This document shows positions 13,268 to 28,480 of a stretch of DNA of 64,000 nt, piece after piece. The notes under the pieces were generated by a model that did no database searches, had not been told where the DNA came from, and worked only from the letters and a program-made list of their open reading frames with translations. The position numbers and the translations under genes are program-made. The stretch comes from Hemiscyllium ocellatum (Eukaryota): assembly GCF_020745735.1 (NCBI RefSeq), contig NC_083410.1, positions 59,866,117 to 59,930,116 of the forward strand, given 5' to 3'. Each line of letters starts with the position of its first letter. Position 1 is the stretch's first letter.

Positions 13268-13465
13268 CATAGAATCCCTACAGAGTGGAAACGGGTCATT
13301 CAGACCATCGAGTCCACATCAATCCTCTGAAGAGCATCCCACCCAGACCTATCCCTCACACTATCCCTGTAATCCTGCATTTCCTATGGCTAATCCACTT
13401 AACCTGTACATCCCTGGAATCTATGGGCAATTTAGCATGGCCAATCCACCTAACCTGCACATCTT
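13268..13465 (-). mobile_element. HE1-type SINE, 3' half
   Basis: CATAGAATCCCTACAG...ATGGGCAATTTAGCATGGCCAATCCACCTAACCTGCACATCTTT. Confidence 0.8.
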
Positions 13466-13479
13466 TATTTTATGATGTA

Positions 13480-13662
13480 TGAGTTGAAAAATGTGGCACT
13501 GCAAAAGCACAGTGGGACAGGCAGCATCCGAGAAGCAAGAGAGTCGACATTTTGGATGTAAGCCCTTCATCAGGAATGTAAAGAGGGAAGAGAGCTGAGA
13601 GATAAATAGAGGGCCACACCTTTTGACTCTGACTCTCCAGCATCTGCACTCCTACCCTCTCC
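13480..13662. mobile_element. Penelope-like mini-element (inverted arm plus 3' end), degenerate hammerhead motif
   Basis: Minus strand reads ATTCCTGATGAAGGGCTTACATCCAAAATGTCGAC; plus-strand terminus CTCTCCAGCATCTGCACTCCT. Confidence 0.65.
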
Positions 13663-13689
13663 TTTATGATGTAGCAGCCTATGTTGTCT

Positions 13690-13838
13690 TAGAACACAAC
13701 AGAGAACACCAACTTGTATATTTGTAGTGCTTTTAACACAGTAAAATAAGGCGAGGAGTTCCATCAAAGTATTATAAAAGAAATTTGACACTGAGCCACC
13801 TATGAGATACTGTAATCGATGGTTAAGTGCTTGGTACA
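13690..13838 (-). mobile_element. L2 LINE 3' end
   Basis: CAACTTGTATATTTGTAGTGCTTTTAAC...AAATTTGACACTGAGCCAC is the reverse of an L2-type tail. Confidence 0.55.
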
Positions 13839-14751
13839 TACCCCATAAATATTCTTTTCCAGTGTTTTGGGTAGGGAGCTTAATGGCTGTCTTATGCCTG
13901 GGTCAAAGTTGAATATAGCCCCCTACATGTCAAGAGTATATAGTTGTTTGGATATTCCTCATGAGTAGAAAAAAATAATAATTTTGTCGCACAATTGATA
14001 CTGACTGGATTATACGTTTTGTCAAATTAGTACCCATACTAATGCAAATTCACACAACTGCAATGTTGTGCAATCACGTTTCTATCAATCACGTCTTGGT
14101 AATAGAATTGTTTTCAAACTTAAATATCCATATTGTTATGTTAATGCTCCTACTCTAGACCTGTGAATCTTGGATGCTGCACACGAGCTCGTCAAATGGC
14201 TTAAAAATTCCATGAGCTATGAGATAGCAGGACAAAAATCTCAACTGTAACACCTTGTCCAGAGCAAATTGAGGCTATGTCATTAAGTGAACACATTGGA
14301 TTAGCCAAATTATAAAGATTATTTCATGTGATTTATTCACAGGACTTACAGCTATCTTTAACTGGATACTTACAGGTAAAGACATAAAACAGTCTAGTGG
14401 TGCACCTCTGAATCAAAAACATTTTGAATCAGAATCCCTGGAAAATCACAGTTAAGGTATGGTGAGTATGATGGAGAATGTAGACTATTCCAGATCTTGG
14501 TAAAACATAGAAATGATGAGATCTCAGAACTAATAACTAGATGAAATAAACATAAATTGTGAATGGCCGACAATATCAGAGGGTATTTGATGCTGCAATT
14601 CAACAAGAGAACAAGAGAAATGGAAAATGTGCAATCTTCCTGTATGGTATTGAAATGTTTAAACATGAAGTTGAAAGAGACTTAAGATTCTCACTCCATG
14701 CTCAGTTGTGTTCAGTTTTGGGAACTAATAAACAAGTTTGGCAGAGATAAC

Positions 14752-14885
14752 ACTTAAGAACATAAGAACATGAGAAATAGGAGCAAGATTAGGCCATCTG
14801 ACCTATCGAGCCTGCTACATCATGTAATAAGATCATGGCTAAACTTTTCGTGGACTCAGCTCCACCTACCTGCTTGCTCACCACT
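14752..14885 (-). mobile_element. CR1 3'UTR fragment
   Basis: (TAAGAACA)n tail followed by GAAATAGGAGC...GGCCAT...AAGATCATGGCT. Confidence 0.75.
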
Positions 14886-15684
14886 CACTGCTGCGTAATG
14901 TATTTAGTACCTGAAAGAGTTAACTGACATCACTAAATAAATACTCGGGGTATAAATGATTATGGTTCTTGTGATGCAGTGATAGCATCCCTACCTCTAA
15001 GCCAGACCTGTTCCAGAGGTCCAACCTGTTCCAGAGGTTGAAGAGATTGATTGAAAATAACCATAAAGGGCTGTTCCTCAGAGGAGCTAGAGAATTGCAA
15101 AGAGTTCTCATTGTACCAGTTGTGTGTTCTTAGATTGAGTCTGCTTCTCACAAGAGATAATAATGTAAGATGAAACTATCTCTTATGTAATAAACCATTA
15201 CTGTTGAATGCAAACATGGCTCAGCTTCTGCGTAAAACATTATGCGGGTGACCTCCCACAATGGTATCAATAGCTGGACTAGTACCACCAAGAAGTATTT
15301 GTGCTGGTGAATCTACTCAAGATGGTTCTGGCAACAACATTCATTTTCCATATGCTCGCAAACCGTGACATTGAAGTTTACAAAACTTAATCTCAGGTTT
15401 TTGACTTATTAGGAAAGACCAGAGCAACTTTGGCTGATATGTCTGGAAAAAGTGGGAAATCAAAGTCGCAGGCATTAAATGCTGTGCAAAATATGAATGC
15501 ACAGTGCATATTTCAGCAGTGGGACAGCAGGCAAGGGTTGATACTGTTAACAAGAAAATATTCTGACTGCTTGTAGGGAGGTTTTTCGATCAGAAGGTCA
15601 TGTGCTCGAAATGGAGTGATGGAACACTGTTATCATATGAGAAGCCGCTAGTTGCGGCAGTGGAAGAAGGATGAATTTGAAATG

Positions 15685-17152
<1,468 letters not shown>

Positions 17153-19349
17153 TGAATTACCTTGCGGGTTTAATGCATAGATTTCAGTGCATTAATAGAG
17201 TGCGTTGCCTGACCACATGCAACAATAACGCATGTGTTCAATTATGACATGAAAACTTACTGATGCATGTTCGCTTGCTGTGCATCATGCCTATCTTTCA
17301 CGGTACTGCCATACCTATAAATTATTAATTGTAAAATTAGTCAGGAGACCAATTTTGCAGGTCTTTTACTATGACGCTACAATTTCTGCATGAAATCAAT
17401 GCATTTACATCACCATATATAAAACACAATACTTAGTTCAGAGCAAACATATTTCACATAGAAGCTAACCTCCAAAAGAGTAGTGTATTTTGTTTGTGAA
17501 ATTTCAGGAGATTCCACTTAAAATTCAGCTGCACAGATTATTTAATGCACTGTTAATAAATTGCAACTCTTTTCTCCACCAAGAGAAATAATTTCCATTG
17601 CACGATAAATTGTTGCCCTTCATGTGGCACCTTACATTAGTCTGACAGGGTGTATATTGTGTAAATGTGTTTATGTACTCGTTAATCTGATAAAATGCAT
17701 TTAAAATCTTTTCCATGTGAACATAATAGGCAAATAGTGTACAGCTTGTCTTGAGTAGAAATATCTAAGTATGACCCTAATGGTGGGTTTTTAGGCTTTT
17801 GGTGCTGTGTATATAATTAAAGCCCATTAGGATTAAAGCCTTTGTATTGCTTTTGTAATAATGAAAGCTACTTATTAGATTAATTGCAATTAGTTTAATT
17901 GCACATGGTTTCGGAAAATAGATTTTATTCTTTGAAGTGGTTTGTGCCTTTTTGCATAAAAGAATTAAGCCCCCATCGTATTGACATTTATATCTGAATT
18001 TCATATTTGAGACTTATTCACTTATACATTAAGTTATATAAAACTCTTCCCTGTTGTAAATGCTATTTCTAATCTTAAACTCAAGCTAGGGTTAGTAGTG
18101 AATTTGAAGTAAGTGGGAAAAGCCTAAAATTTTAACAATAGCCTTACAATCAAATTAATTTTAATGAATTTACTTGCACAGTGTTAAGGCTCGAATCAAG
18201 CTCTGTATTTCATGCTGAATGATGTACCATTTAAAAAAAATGATACCTGGGTTTCAGTGATATGCTTTTTTTAATTTTGTTAATTAATCTTAACATAAGG
18301 TATTCTAATTATCTGTAATTTTCCAGAACATTTGTTCCTATTACGGTCATTGTTTATGTGACTATGATCTTGAGGGAAGGTATTACAAGAGCAGCAAGAT
18401 CTAATTCCCAATGTACAATAGGATGATCATGATCACCAAGCAGTCAGAGAGGTCTGAAATCAAGAATTTGGTGACTGCTGAGCTGCACTAACTGGAAAAT
18501 TCAAACTAATTTTTGCTTCAGTTCAATTCATGTTGGGTTCAGGAGTCAAGTCATAGATTGTTGATTTAGTTCAAAATCTCTAATATTTGATACCTGAAGC
18601 AGGATCTTGAGCATTCTTGGATTTCATTTTGCTGTTGCCTAACATTGGATTAGGTAGCAACATTGCCCTCTCATTGCCAAGATTTAGATCAGAAGCCACC
18701 CCAAACTTCAACAGCTGAAAGCCTTCCTAGTGAAATGGAAGTAGTTTCAGTTCATTTCAACATGTGAGTCTGTCTCCAGTTTAAATTAAATTTTATAATA
18801 TCGACAATTTTATCATATTACTAAGCAAAGCTACAACTGTATACTTGTCTGAGGTCAGAATTAAGGCATGTTATTGGGAGTATTATTGTAGAATCTTTAC
18901 TCTGTATGTACTCTGCACTGTCAGTGGTTTGTTTGCTGCTAATTCTGTGCAATAGCAAAAACATTTTCAAATCCTAATTAAACACAAAACAATTAACTTG
19001 TTTGCTCCAGTTAAGGAAGTGAATACCAAGAATAAATCAAATCTGAATCAACCAATGAATACAGTAATCAGAGGTAACAGTAGGGAGTTTCTTTGCAATT
19101 TAAACCGGTACGTGTTTGTCCTTTATGCCCAAATCACACGTGTCCAGGAAAAAGTCACTCAGAGCTGAGTGCCATGGGAATGGGGTCAGCACTGACCATT
19201 ATTCTAAAAGCTTTGGCATGATGGATCTGACTAGTAGTACATTTATGGCAAGGCATAAATGAAAGAAGATTCACTTAAGAAGACCAAGAATTGGACACTG
19301 CAAATCAAAAAGGTCACTGGGACAGAACTGAGACCAGAAGAAATTACAA

Positions 19350-19570
19350 TGTGGCATCTTATAGTGCAGAAAAAGTCCATTTAGCCTATTGTATCGATAC
19401 CAGTGTTTTGAAAGAACTATTGAACAAATTCCACATCCCTACTTGTTCACTGTAGTTGTTCTTTTTGAAACTATTTCAGATATATCCTTCATTTTGGATA
19501 GCTGTTAAATCTGCCTTTGCATATTCTCAGGTAGTGCATTCCAGATCATCATAACCTGCAGAATAAAAAC
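19350..19570 (-). mobile_element. Decayed CR1 3' fragment
   Basis: AAAAAGTCCATTTAGCCTATTG...CAGGTAGTGCATTCCAGATCAT. Confidence 0.55.
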
Positions 19571-22150
19571 AACCTCACTGCCGGTAGTATTTAAGAAATA
19601 AAAGTTTGCATTTGTAGTAGTGAAGGCTCAAACACTCCTTTTTAAATTACTGCAAGCCCGGCAGTTTTACCATGATGTTTACAGATCAATGCCCAAACTT
19701 TATTAGAGCACTAATCTAAATCTAGGCATTTGTTTGCTACAAAGCCTGAAACCTGCTGTGAGATTTAAACTTGGAGACAAGTACCTTTGATCAGTAGAGA
19801 AACATGGCATAGTTTTTAAATTTAATTTCAAATTCTGATAGTGTTTTTCAAAACTTTTAAAAAAGACCATGGATTTTGAGAATTACAAATATTAGTAAAA
19901 ATATATACCCAAAACAAAAGCAGTCATATCCAGAAATGATTCAGGAATAATACTGACTCTGTCATCTCTGGTTTTACCATGGCAAGTGTTAAGGTTTTAT
20001 TGTTGTAATTTATAAAGCTCAATACCTGTTTCCCACTTTGACAAATTGATAAATATTATCTTTTCAAATTTTAAGACTTTTGGAACCATACAGGACAACA
20101 GATATTCTTATAGAAACTGCTAATTCCTGTTGCTTCAATGCCTAGATTTTGTGAATTTTTATATTTGTGTTCTTCTCTAAGCTACAGACAAACTTTGTTA
20201 ATGCAAACTGTTAGACAGTATTTTCGTCATACAGATCTTGGGCATTCTAAATCATTTACAAGTGTCCAAAGAGTAAAAAATATTCAATACTCCACATACT
20301 GTCCATTTTTATTTTTCTGTATTTTGTTTAGGATGGTAATGGTTAAGTAAACAAAAAAGACTCTGCATTTTTATGGAAATAACAATTCCTATTTACTCAA
20401 TGGCCTCCAAGCTAGGTAGAAGTGCAGGTACAGTAAACATTTAATTGCAAGAGGTGCTGCTATTCTGGGATGGTAATGATAGATGGGATCATTTAGAACT
20501 TCTTGGTGTGTTTTCTTGAGTTTGTATTGATGAGCTTTGTCTGTATAAATGGTCAATGGTTGTCTAAACGCTGTATCATATTGTTCACTACAACAGAGTC
20601 ACCAAATATATTTCTGTCCAGTGTTGAATGTAAGTAAACATCAGTATCTTATTACCAGCATGGTGGTGTGTTGACTGCAGTTATTCTGGTTAAGATTGAT
20701 TCTCTGTATTCTTCTGACCTTAAGTACTTTATCTAATTCTTTGTTTCTCATGACTTTTAAACTTTTAAATCATTACGCTACTTATTTTAATATTCATATC
20801 AAAAGTTTTGAACTGAGGCCAAATATTTAAGTTGTGTTTCTTCTTACTTTATCTGGCCTTAAGTGTAATGAATCTTTTTCCGTGTCTGTTTTCAGCCACA
20901 CGGCCATTCTCCATGTGTACGTTATAGCATTGATTATTGACAGAGAAGTCTTAAGTGTGGTACTCATACTAGTTTGAATATGTTATCACTTAAGGCCACA
21001 ACGTGTACTGTCCAGGAGGGGTCACTGCAGATACATCAGGCCTGTGAACCTTGGGTTAATAATGTTATACCTTCCCCTACCTGAGCACTGAGCTTCATTG
21101 GTATGGTTATCATTTGGTGGAAATAAGGTGACTTAACATAGGTTCAGGATTAATCCTGAAATCCCTTTGGTTTTAATAACTTATTACAACATGAATAAGT
21201 GCATTAATCACTGAACCATCAGAGGAAGTATGTCAGAACACTCCCTTCTTTGTGTCTTTTAAAAATTAAACTTTTTTTTACTAAGATTATTAATTACATT
21301 ATTTGTAAGTGAGTTTCATTTGTATGTTGCTTGGCCAATGTAAGAACCACTGAAGTAGATTTCCCAGTAAAGTGGATACTTCCTTCTCTTGGTCTTATTT
21401 TTCTCCTTTTCTCCAGTCCTCACTGGAAGAAAGAAGCCACTGATTGGGGCATGATTTTATAATATTTGTACTTTACTTCAGTTAGTATACATCATGTCGG
21501 AGCTTATATTTGATAGTGAACAGTCACTTATATCACAGTGCATCAACAGTGAACTCTGACCTGATCTCAGCTGATATCCAGAAAACATACTTCACGCAGA
21601 ATCCAAACTGATATTCATCACGAATGAAGTTAATTCTGATACCTTTATGTCCTGATCAAAACTAGCTAAGCTGATAGCAAAGTGTATGAATTAGATGTTC
21701 GCTGGTTCATTGGAGAAGTTAGGAATTAATTTTAGTCCAAAAGTGTAGATTCCTGTAAAAGGTTTTTTCAATAAAAATCAAAAACTAAATTTGACAAAGT
21801 TACACAATGTCCTGGTGGAATTCATTACCGTTAATTGCTTCCATTTTCGTAATTGAAAAAAAATCGATGAGTCAAGGACTATGAGGCAGAACACAATCAA
21901 GGTTGAAAACAGGAAAACAAAGATACAAAGTAGTGATTAGACTACCAAGCGTGGGCTTTAATGTCATTGGATATTTCATAGGGAGGAAGGACAGATATTC
22001 ATTTAGAATTCTGAGAGAAATTCCCTTAGTGTAAGAGACTATGAGATGTGGGTATAGGATTTTTGTTTACTACTTAGAGCAAATGAGCAGGGCTTACATT
22101 AACTATACTGGATAAAATTAACAAGGGAAGTTGCTATGGAAAGCAGGCTG

Positions 22151-22397
22151 ACTAGAAGTGAGAGACAGCTGCAAATGTGTTGCTGGTCAAAGCACAGCAG
22201 GCCAGGCAGCATCTCAGGAATAGAGAATTCGACGTTTCGAGCATACGCCCTTCATCAGGATGAAGGGCTTATGCTCGAAACGTCGAATTCTCTATTCCTG
22301 AGATGCTGCCTGGCCTGCTGTGCTTTGACCAGCAACACATTTGCAGCTGTGATCTCCAGCATCTGCAGACCTCATTTTTCACTAGAAGTGAGAGACA
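22151..22397 (+). mobile_element. Penelope-like mini-element: 92-bp near-perfect palindrome with 17-bp target-site duplication
   Basis: Arms 22165-22256 and 22259-22350 (one mismatch, 2-nt loop); tail GATCTCCAGCATCTGCAGACCTCA; ACTAGAAGTGAGAGACA duplicated at 22151-22167 and 22381-22397. Confidence 0.85.
22226..22260 (-). ncRNA. Minimal type I hammerhead ribozyme motif (Penelope-associated); activity unproven
   Basis: Minus strand CTGATGA-A-GGGC-GTAT-GCTC-GAAAC-GTC-GAATTC gives the CUGANGA and GAAA boxes, a 4-bp stem II (one G-U pair), palindromic ACGU at helix III and a GUC triplet. Stem I is only about 2 bp in this copy. Confidence 0.55.
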
Positions 22398-24259
22398 CAT
22401 TACCTGTCATGTGACAGCTCTATCTTGTTTCTAGTTGAGCATTCAGAAGAGTTTCTAGATATTATTACAGGGACATTCAAAGTCTGGATAGATTTGGAGT
22501 TTCTATTAAGTTCATAATGATACTAAAAGAGTATTCCTTGGTGGTTTGAACACAAGCATTTTCTTTATTGTTAATGTGATAAGGAAGAAGGGCCAAAGAT
22601 GATACTAGATTAATAAAGATGCAAAACTAATAAAGTCTTTGGTGGTATCTATATAATTAGGTAATCAAAAGAGAAGAAAAATCTGTCTTTGAACTGAAAT
22701 AAACAAAACATTTGCTGTTCTACCAAAGGAGATATTGGTGAAGCAGCAGTTCAACCATTAGGTTTCAGTAATATAACCCCTGACTGTTTTGAATAAGAAT
22801 GGTACCTGGTGACATGTAAAGCTGTCTAATTAAACTGTACCCACCTCCAGCATACAAATGAGTAAGTAACTGAGTAGAAATATTACAACTTATTGACACA
22901 AATAGCTTTTGAACAGAAAAGAAATAAAACCAATTTTAAAACTAAAGGCCATATTGAAAAGAAAACAAATTGACATAATCACAATATAATGACAATTAAC
23001 AGTGATATTCATTTAAATTGAGCCGGTGAGACTAAAATTACATTTTTCTAATCCAAACAAATAATTTTGACTGGTACTTACCTTTGTCTCTATTCATTAG
23101 TACAGAGCAGTTTGTTGAAATTTTTCTACAAAAAAAAGTATATATACAACCTTTGTTGAATTTTATGAGGTAGCTTTCACAAGGCTAAAAAGAGAAAAAA
23201 AAGTGCTCGGCTACAGGGAAATTGTGATGAAGTGGGATGAGTGAAGTTGAGAGACCTGGCATGGACATAATTGGTCAAATGTGCAATAAGTCTCTGACTC
23301 TCTTCTATATGCTAGTGGCATGACCTGAAGTATAGCAAGAAGGAAAAAGTAGTTTACATTCAGATTATTTCATCTGAAATGAACAAGGTGGTGATGGCAA
23401 AGGTGGTGTTTACATTTTCCTGTTAATAGGACCCAGTCATAGGAATTCCCTAGGGCAACACAGACTGGAAAATTGGAATTGGAGGAAAATTGCGCTCTGA
23501 TAAAGGAAATCACCTGTACACCTGTATCTGTTGCACTCAAGAAGAGAAAAATCTTTCCTGTGGATTTGACATTTTCCTTGAATTTATAAATACTTTTCTA
23601 CTTCAAACTGCTGCTTTTCTGGTCCAGAAGCATCAGTTTGGCATGTAGTTGTTACTAACCTTCTCACCTCTCAGTACGAAGAGCATTAAAAAGACGAACA
23701 TGCTGTATTGAATAAAATCAATACCAATGCAGTGAGGTAATTATAGTGTTGAGGAGTCAATACCTGAGGTTGAAATTGTTGCAATTCAATTCATCACAAA
23801 ATGTTGCACTGTCAACCAGTGAGGATTTTTTGATAATCACCTGCATATTAATACGCATGTTCATCTCAATTTTGTAGATTAATGTCAATACTACATTCAG
23901 CAATATTGGTAGGATTGGGATTCCAGTTAGATGTATGGTGTCAGTATTCATTAAAATTTCAGCTTCAGTTTCTCATTTACTTCCCTTGCTGACAGATGCA
24001 GTGATGAAAGGTTGCTCACTGCTCTGCTGCTGGGCACTTTTCCTGAGACACCAGCTCTCAACTCCCTGCTCCAAAAAAGACTCAATTCTAAGAAACTATT
24101 GTGCATAGCTCTTCGTAACAAATGGGATATTTCACTGATATTCTGCAAAGCAAACAAAATCAAAAACTATTGTGCACAGCTTTTTAAAATTGCTTGTTAT
24201 GCAAACATACATGAAATACTATTTGTAATTCTTAGATGAGGATCACTCATAAACTGCTT

Positions 24260-24331
24260 ACTCTTCGGAGGGTCGGAGTGGACTGGTTGGGCTGAAGGGC
24301 CGGTTTCCACACTGTAGGGAATCTAATCTAA
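24260..24331 (+). mobile_element. HE1 SINE 3' tail fragment
   Basis: CTCTTCGGAGGGTCGG...GAAGGGCCGGTTTCCACACTGTAGGGAATCTAATCTA. Confidence 0.8.
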
Positions 24332-25402
24332 CAAAAAAAGGTGTTTTTGGTGCATTTTTAAAGAAATTACTAAGTTAACTTTGTTATACCAAATGAAATG
24401 TTGGCAATTAACAAAGGAGTTGGAGGGGTCCAATTTAATAGGCAGCTTATGTCAAAAGGTTTCAGAAAAAAAGTTTCTGTTTTTGGAGAATCCTGAAGTT
24501 GAAGATTCTCGTCTGAGGGAGTGATATGAGAATGCAAACTGTCTGTGTGTCAAGTAAGTAGAATAACAAGTCTGAGTGACTAGTGGTTTAATGGTAAAGA
24601 TGCACAGAAGAATGCAGATAACTGTAAGTTAGAAGTAGCAAGTCAGAAAGAGTCAATGATGAAATGGATGAAAGCCCAGAAATGGATTAGGTCTTGGTTA
24701 AAGATTTTGGGGGATAGTGATGAGGATGATTGCATATATGGTTTCTGGTGAGTATGTTTTTTTGGAAATAAACAAAAGATTTTTTTTTACATTTTCAATT
24801 ATTGGTCATTTTTCAGACATTTTGACAACAGAATTGTTGGGAATTGTGCAGTTTAAAACTTCATCAATGTAAGCCCTAAGGATTTAAGAGCTTATCCAGG
24901 ACAGTTAATATATGGTACTGTTATGCTCCCTGATATGGATTCTTGCTGGGGAAAATAGTGTCAGACATTTTGTGCATATTAAAATATTTTCTTGTGTAAG
25001 TTTATTTAAGTTACTAACTGGAGGAAAAAGGTGAATTCTAGTTAAATGGATATTTGTGATTAAAGTTATGGAACCATGCATTGAAACTAAATGAGAAACA
25101 AGATTTGAAAATAAATTTTAAATAGCTTGAAGAACAGTGCCATGAAAATAAATCATAATCTATCATGTCATCTTTTGTACTTCGGAAGAAATCCTCTTCA
25201 AAAATTAGTGTGTTTATACTGCTGCCCGTCTCTGTGACATTGCACATGAAACATGCGATGGGCCCAGATATCAGAGTAGGATTGAGAAAAACACTTGGTC
25301 AGAAAAATGAAGAAGAATTGGATAAAGTCTGGTTGCTCCTTGACTTAATTAGCTTCTTGCTTTTAATATGTGCACTGTACAGCAGCAGGTTTAATCAATT
25401 TA

Positions 25403-25690
25403 GGATGGCATGGTGGTTCAGTGGCCAGCACTGCTACCTCACAATGCTAGGGACCCACGTTAATTCAGCCCTTGGGCAATTGTCTGTGTGGAGTTTGCAC
25501 ATTCTCTCTGTATGGCTTTCCTCCAGGTGCTTCGGTTTCCTCCCAAAGTCCAGAAATGTGCAGGAGAGGTGGTTGAGCCATGGTGAATGCAGAGTTACAA
25601 GGATGGGGTGTGGGTTTGGGTAGGATGCTGTTTGTAGGGACTCGAGGGGCCGAACGGCCTGCTTCTACATTGTAAGAATTCTGTGATTCA
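25403..25690 (+). mobile_element. Diverged HE1-type SINE
   Basis: GGCATGGTGGTTCAGTGG...TGTCTGTGTGGAGTTTGCACATTCTC...tail GCCTGCTTCTACATTGTAAG. Confidence 0.8.
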
Positions 25691-27544
25691 TGAGAAATAT
25701 AGCCCTATTAAAGAAAGTTTAATAGATCATCTATATTACTGAAACCCCCTTAGTCTGCTTCTAGCCTTTGCAGGTCCTGCAGCTTCTCACTGTAAATGTG
25801 AATTGTTCTATTACGACACAACATAGTCTGTGCATCATAAATGGTTTATGCTTTCTGCATCAATTGCAGTTTCAGGAAATGCTTGTTTCTACTATGTGCG
25901 CTCACAATAATGGTCAGCAGGATAAGACTCCCAAAAATAACAGTTTGGAAAATTATATTGTGATAATTCTCATTTATTTAAATAGAACCAAGAGTTCCTA
26001 TACAGCAGTTACAGCTATAAAACAAAATGACCTGTGTCTTTTTTTAATGGAGGAGATAACATTGAAACAGACTCTGAACATGTAGTAAATCAAAAGATGG
26101 AACTTTATGTAGAAAATTGGTTTGTCGCTATCAGGGTTGTGTGTTATTTTATCAGTTTGTAGGGAGATGGATCAGAATTGTAGCAATTTGAGTGACTATG
26201 ATGAGGACACTTTCTGACCAGTTTAATATCCTCATCACTAGCCATTGCATTTTCAGCTTAAAACCTCTTTAGTCATAGTAAGCCCTTCCAAGTTATTTAA
26301 CATTTTCAAACATGTATTTAAATGATTTATTTGAGGTATTCTGATATACAATTCATGTTGGGCTGTCAGGTGGTTAAAAAAGCCATTTACACTTGTGACT
26401 ACTATTCTTGTGAGCCACAAGAAGCAAATAAAAATGTTTCTTGCAAGTCCCAAGTTGAGCTCTGTAAAAACTTGAGGAAACAAATTGAAAAGCCATAAAA
26501 TGTAGTGAAGTCATTTGCATTTACTATATTAGTTCAACTTACACTTGTAAATTTCTGACCTGATTTACACACAACCTGAGGTCGAGAAAGTTAATAGGTA
26601 ATCAGTTATGCACAATAGAAGTACCTCTATAGCCCAGGATCGAGAAATTGGTGAATTAAAGTCTGAAATTTGAAATCGTCAGTTGCTTTAATCTAACCTC
26701 TGAACATTTTTTTACATTAGTGTTTTAATTGTTATTTTGTCAAAGCTCACAGTTACAAGTTAACTGAAAGTGGCAAAAAAAAACTAGCTTCTTAAATATT
26801 ACCATTTACAATCAACCACTCTTAAATTGCAACCGAGGTGCAAACTGGTTTCTATAGTCAGTTTCTTTCCAGAATCTTGCTTAATAGTGGCTCCAACTTT
26901 ACAGTATACAAATAGAAACTTTGTCACATAGATGGGAAACTTGTAATGTAAGTGTGCTTTATTCCATTAATTCTAAGGGGATTCTCATGATCACCCTAAC
27001 CACAGTAAAAGATCCACAAAATCAATGATCAGGAGAATACTATGGAAATTCTGTCACTTCGAGCTTTGCCACAAGGATATAAAAGTGGGAAGAGTATTGG
27101 AAAAAGGAAAATAATAACTGTCTAAGTAATAACTTCAGTGATATGATGCCTTCATTTTTTTTATCGTATAAGGTTTATATGTTTAGTCCATGTTACCTAA
27201 ATGAGTTGTAAAGTATGTTTTTATTGAGCCTATAGTGGAGGAGACCTTTGTTTGTCCTTAATATGAAATTTTGTACCAGCCAAGAATGATGTTAGACTTG
27301 TTTATTCGTCAGAGAAAGAAAGAACTTTGTATGGTTATACAAAGTATTGTATTGTTTCAAACCTTTGCTGCACCTTCTGACTTTGCCATATTTCAGACAA
27401 TCACTCATTCTTCGGTACGATCTGCATGGATTTTCTTTTTCAAGGAGTTGGTATCATTTTAATGCATTATAGTTAGAATACACTCAGACTACTGTTCACA
27501 GTCTCGTGTCTGTATTCTTTAAAGAATATAGGTAAAGGTAACGT

Positions 27545-27670
27545 TGCTAAAGTCTCTGAGAACCATAGGGCTGTTTCATTAGAGAGAGTGAGACACAACT
27601 GGTGGTGGTTTAACCTGGGGATGAATACAGCTCAGGCAAGCAGGGAGATTGAAATGAGGAATCCTTAAAA
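27545..27670 (-). mobile_element. SINE fragment, same family as 47760-47960
   Basis: Shared CTGGTGGTGGTTTAACCTG motif with GACCAT(A/C)...GCTG...GAGAG upstream. Confidence 0.55.
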
Positions 27671-27689
27671 GGATATAGAATGACTATAA

Positions 27690-28480
27690 GACTTGCAAAG
27701 AAGTTTACAAGGATGATACCATAACTGAAAAGTTGTATCTCTCACTAAAGACTGGATCAGCTTGGTGTCTTTTCTCAGGGCAAGTCTGAGGGGGTCACTA
27801 TTAAGGATCTTTTTTTAAGATTATGGAAGTGTGATAGATTAGACATGATAAAGATATTTCTGCTTGTGGATGGGCCCAGAACCATGCACTAAAAAGAGAA
27901 GATTCTCATCATTAAATCCAATAGGATATTCAGGAGAGAACTCACTGCTACAAAGAATACTTGAGGCAAATGCTATTCATGTGTTAAGAAGTTGCTGTGA
28001 AACAGAAGAGCTAGAAAGGAATGGGTGATGTCGATATGATGAGATGAATATGTGGAGGAGGAGAATGACGTCAATGAGCGGGCTCAGTTGGCTGTTTTTA
28101 TGAATTATTATGATAAAATTCTATGCCTTTATTTGCATATTGCATCATGTTTTATAAATTTGTCCCTCTTCAGCTGGCTGGTCTCTGTTTAGCTCTACTA
28201 ATCCAGTTAAACTTCTGACGAAGTTGAGAGGAACTGCTGTTAACTCTGGTAGCTACACTGAGAAGTAATGTTTTGGTTCAGGCCTGAAATATCCCGCTGG
28301 ATGTGTGTTGGAGGAGGATTCGATTGAGGCATGCCGGACAGCATTGGTTGATTATTTAAACAGAAACGACATGCAAGATTATGGGAAACAGGCAGGAGTT
28401 TGGCACTAAATCATAGTATTCAGCAGTTACGACATGATGCATAAAATGGCCTCCTTCTACACCGTAATGAACCTATGATT
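27690..28480 (+). mobile_element. Decayed CR1 3' fragments
   Basis: AAGAAGTTTACAAGGATGATACCA start; second piece ends AAATGGCCTCCTTCT...CTATGATT. Confidence 0.55.

Noticed and set aside
1-15600. miR-216/miR-217 cluster, which I recall lying near CCDC85A in other vertebrates
   Set aside because: I did not find the mature sequences on either strand by eye; an Rfam/miRBase scan would be decisive.
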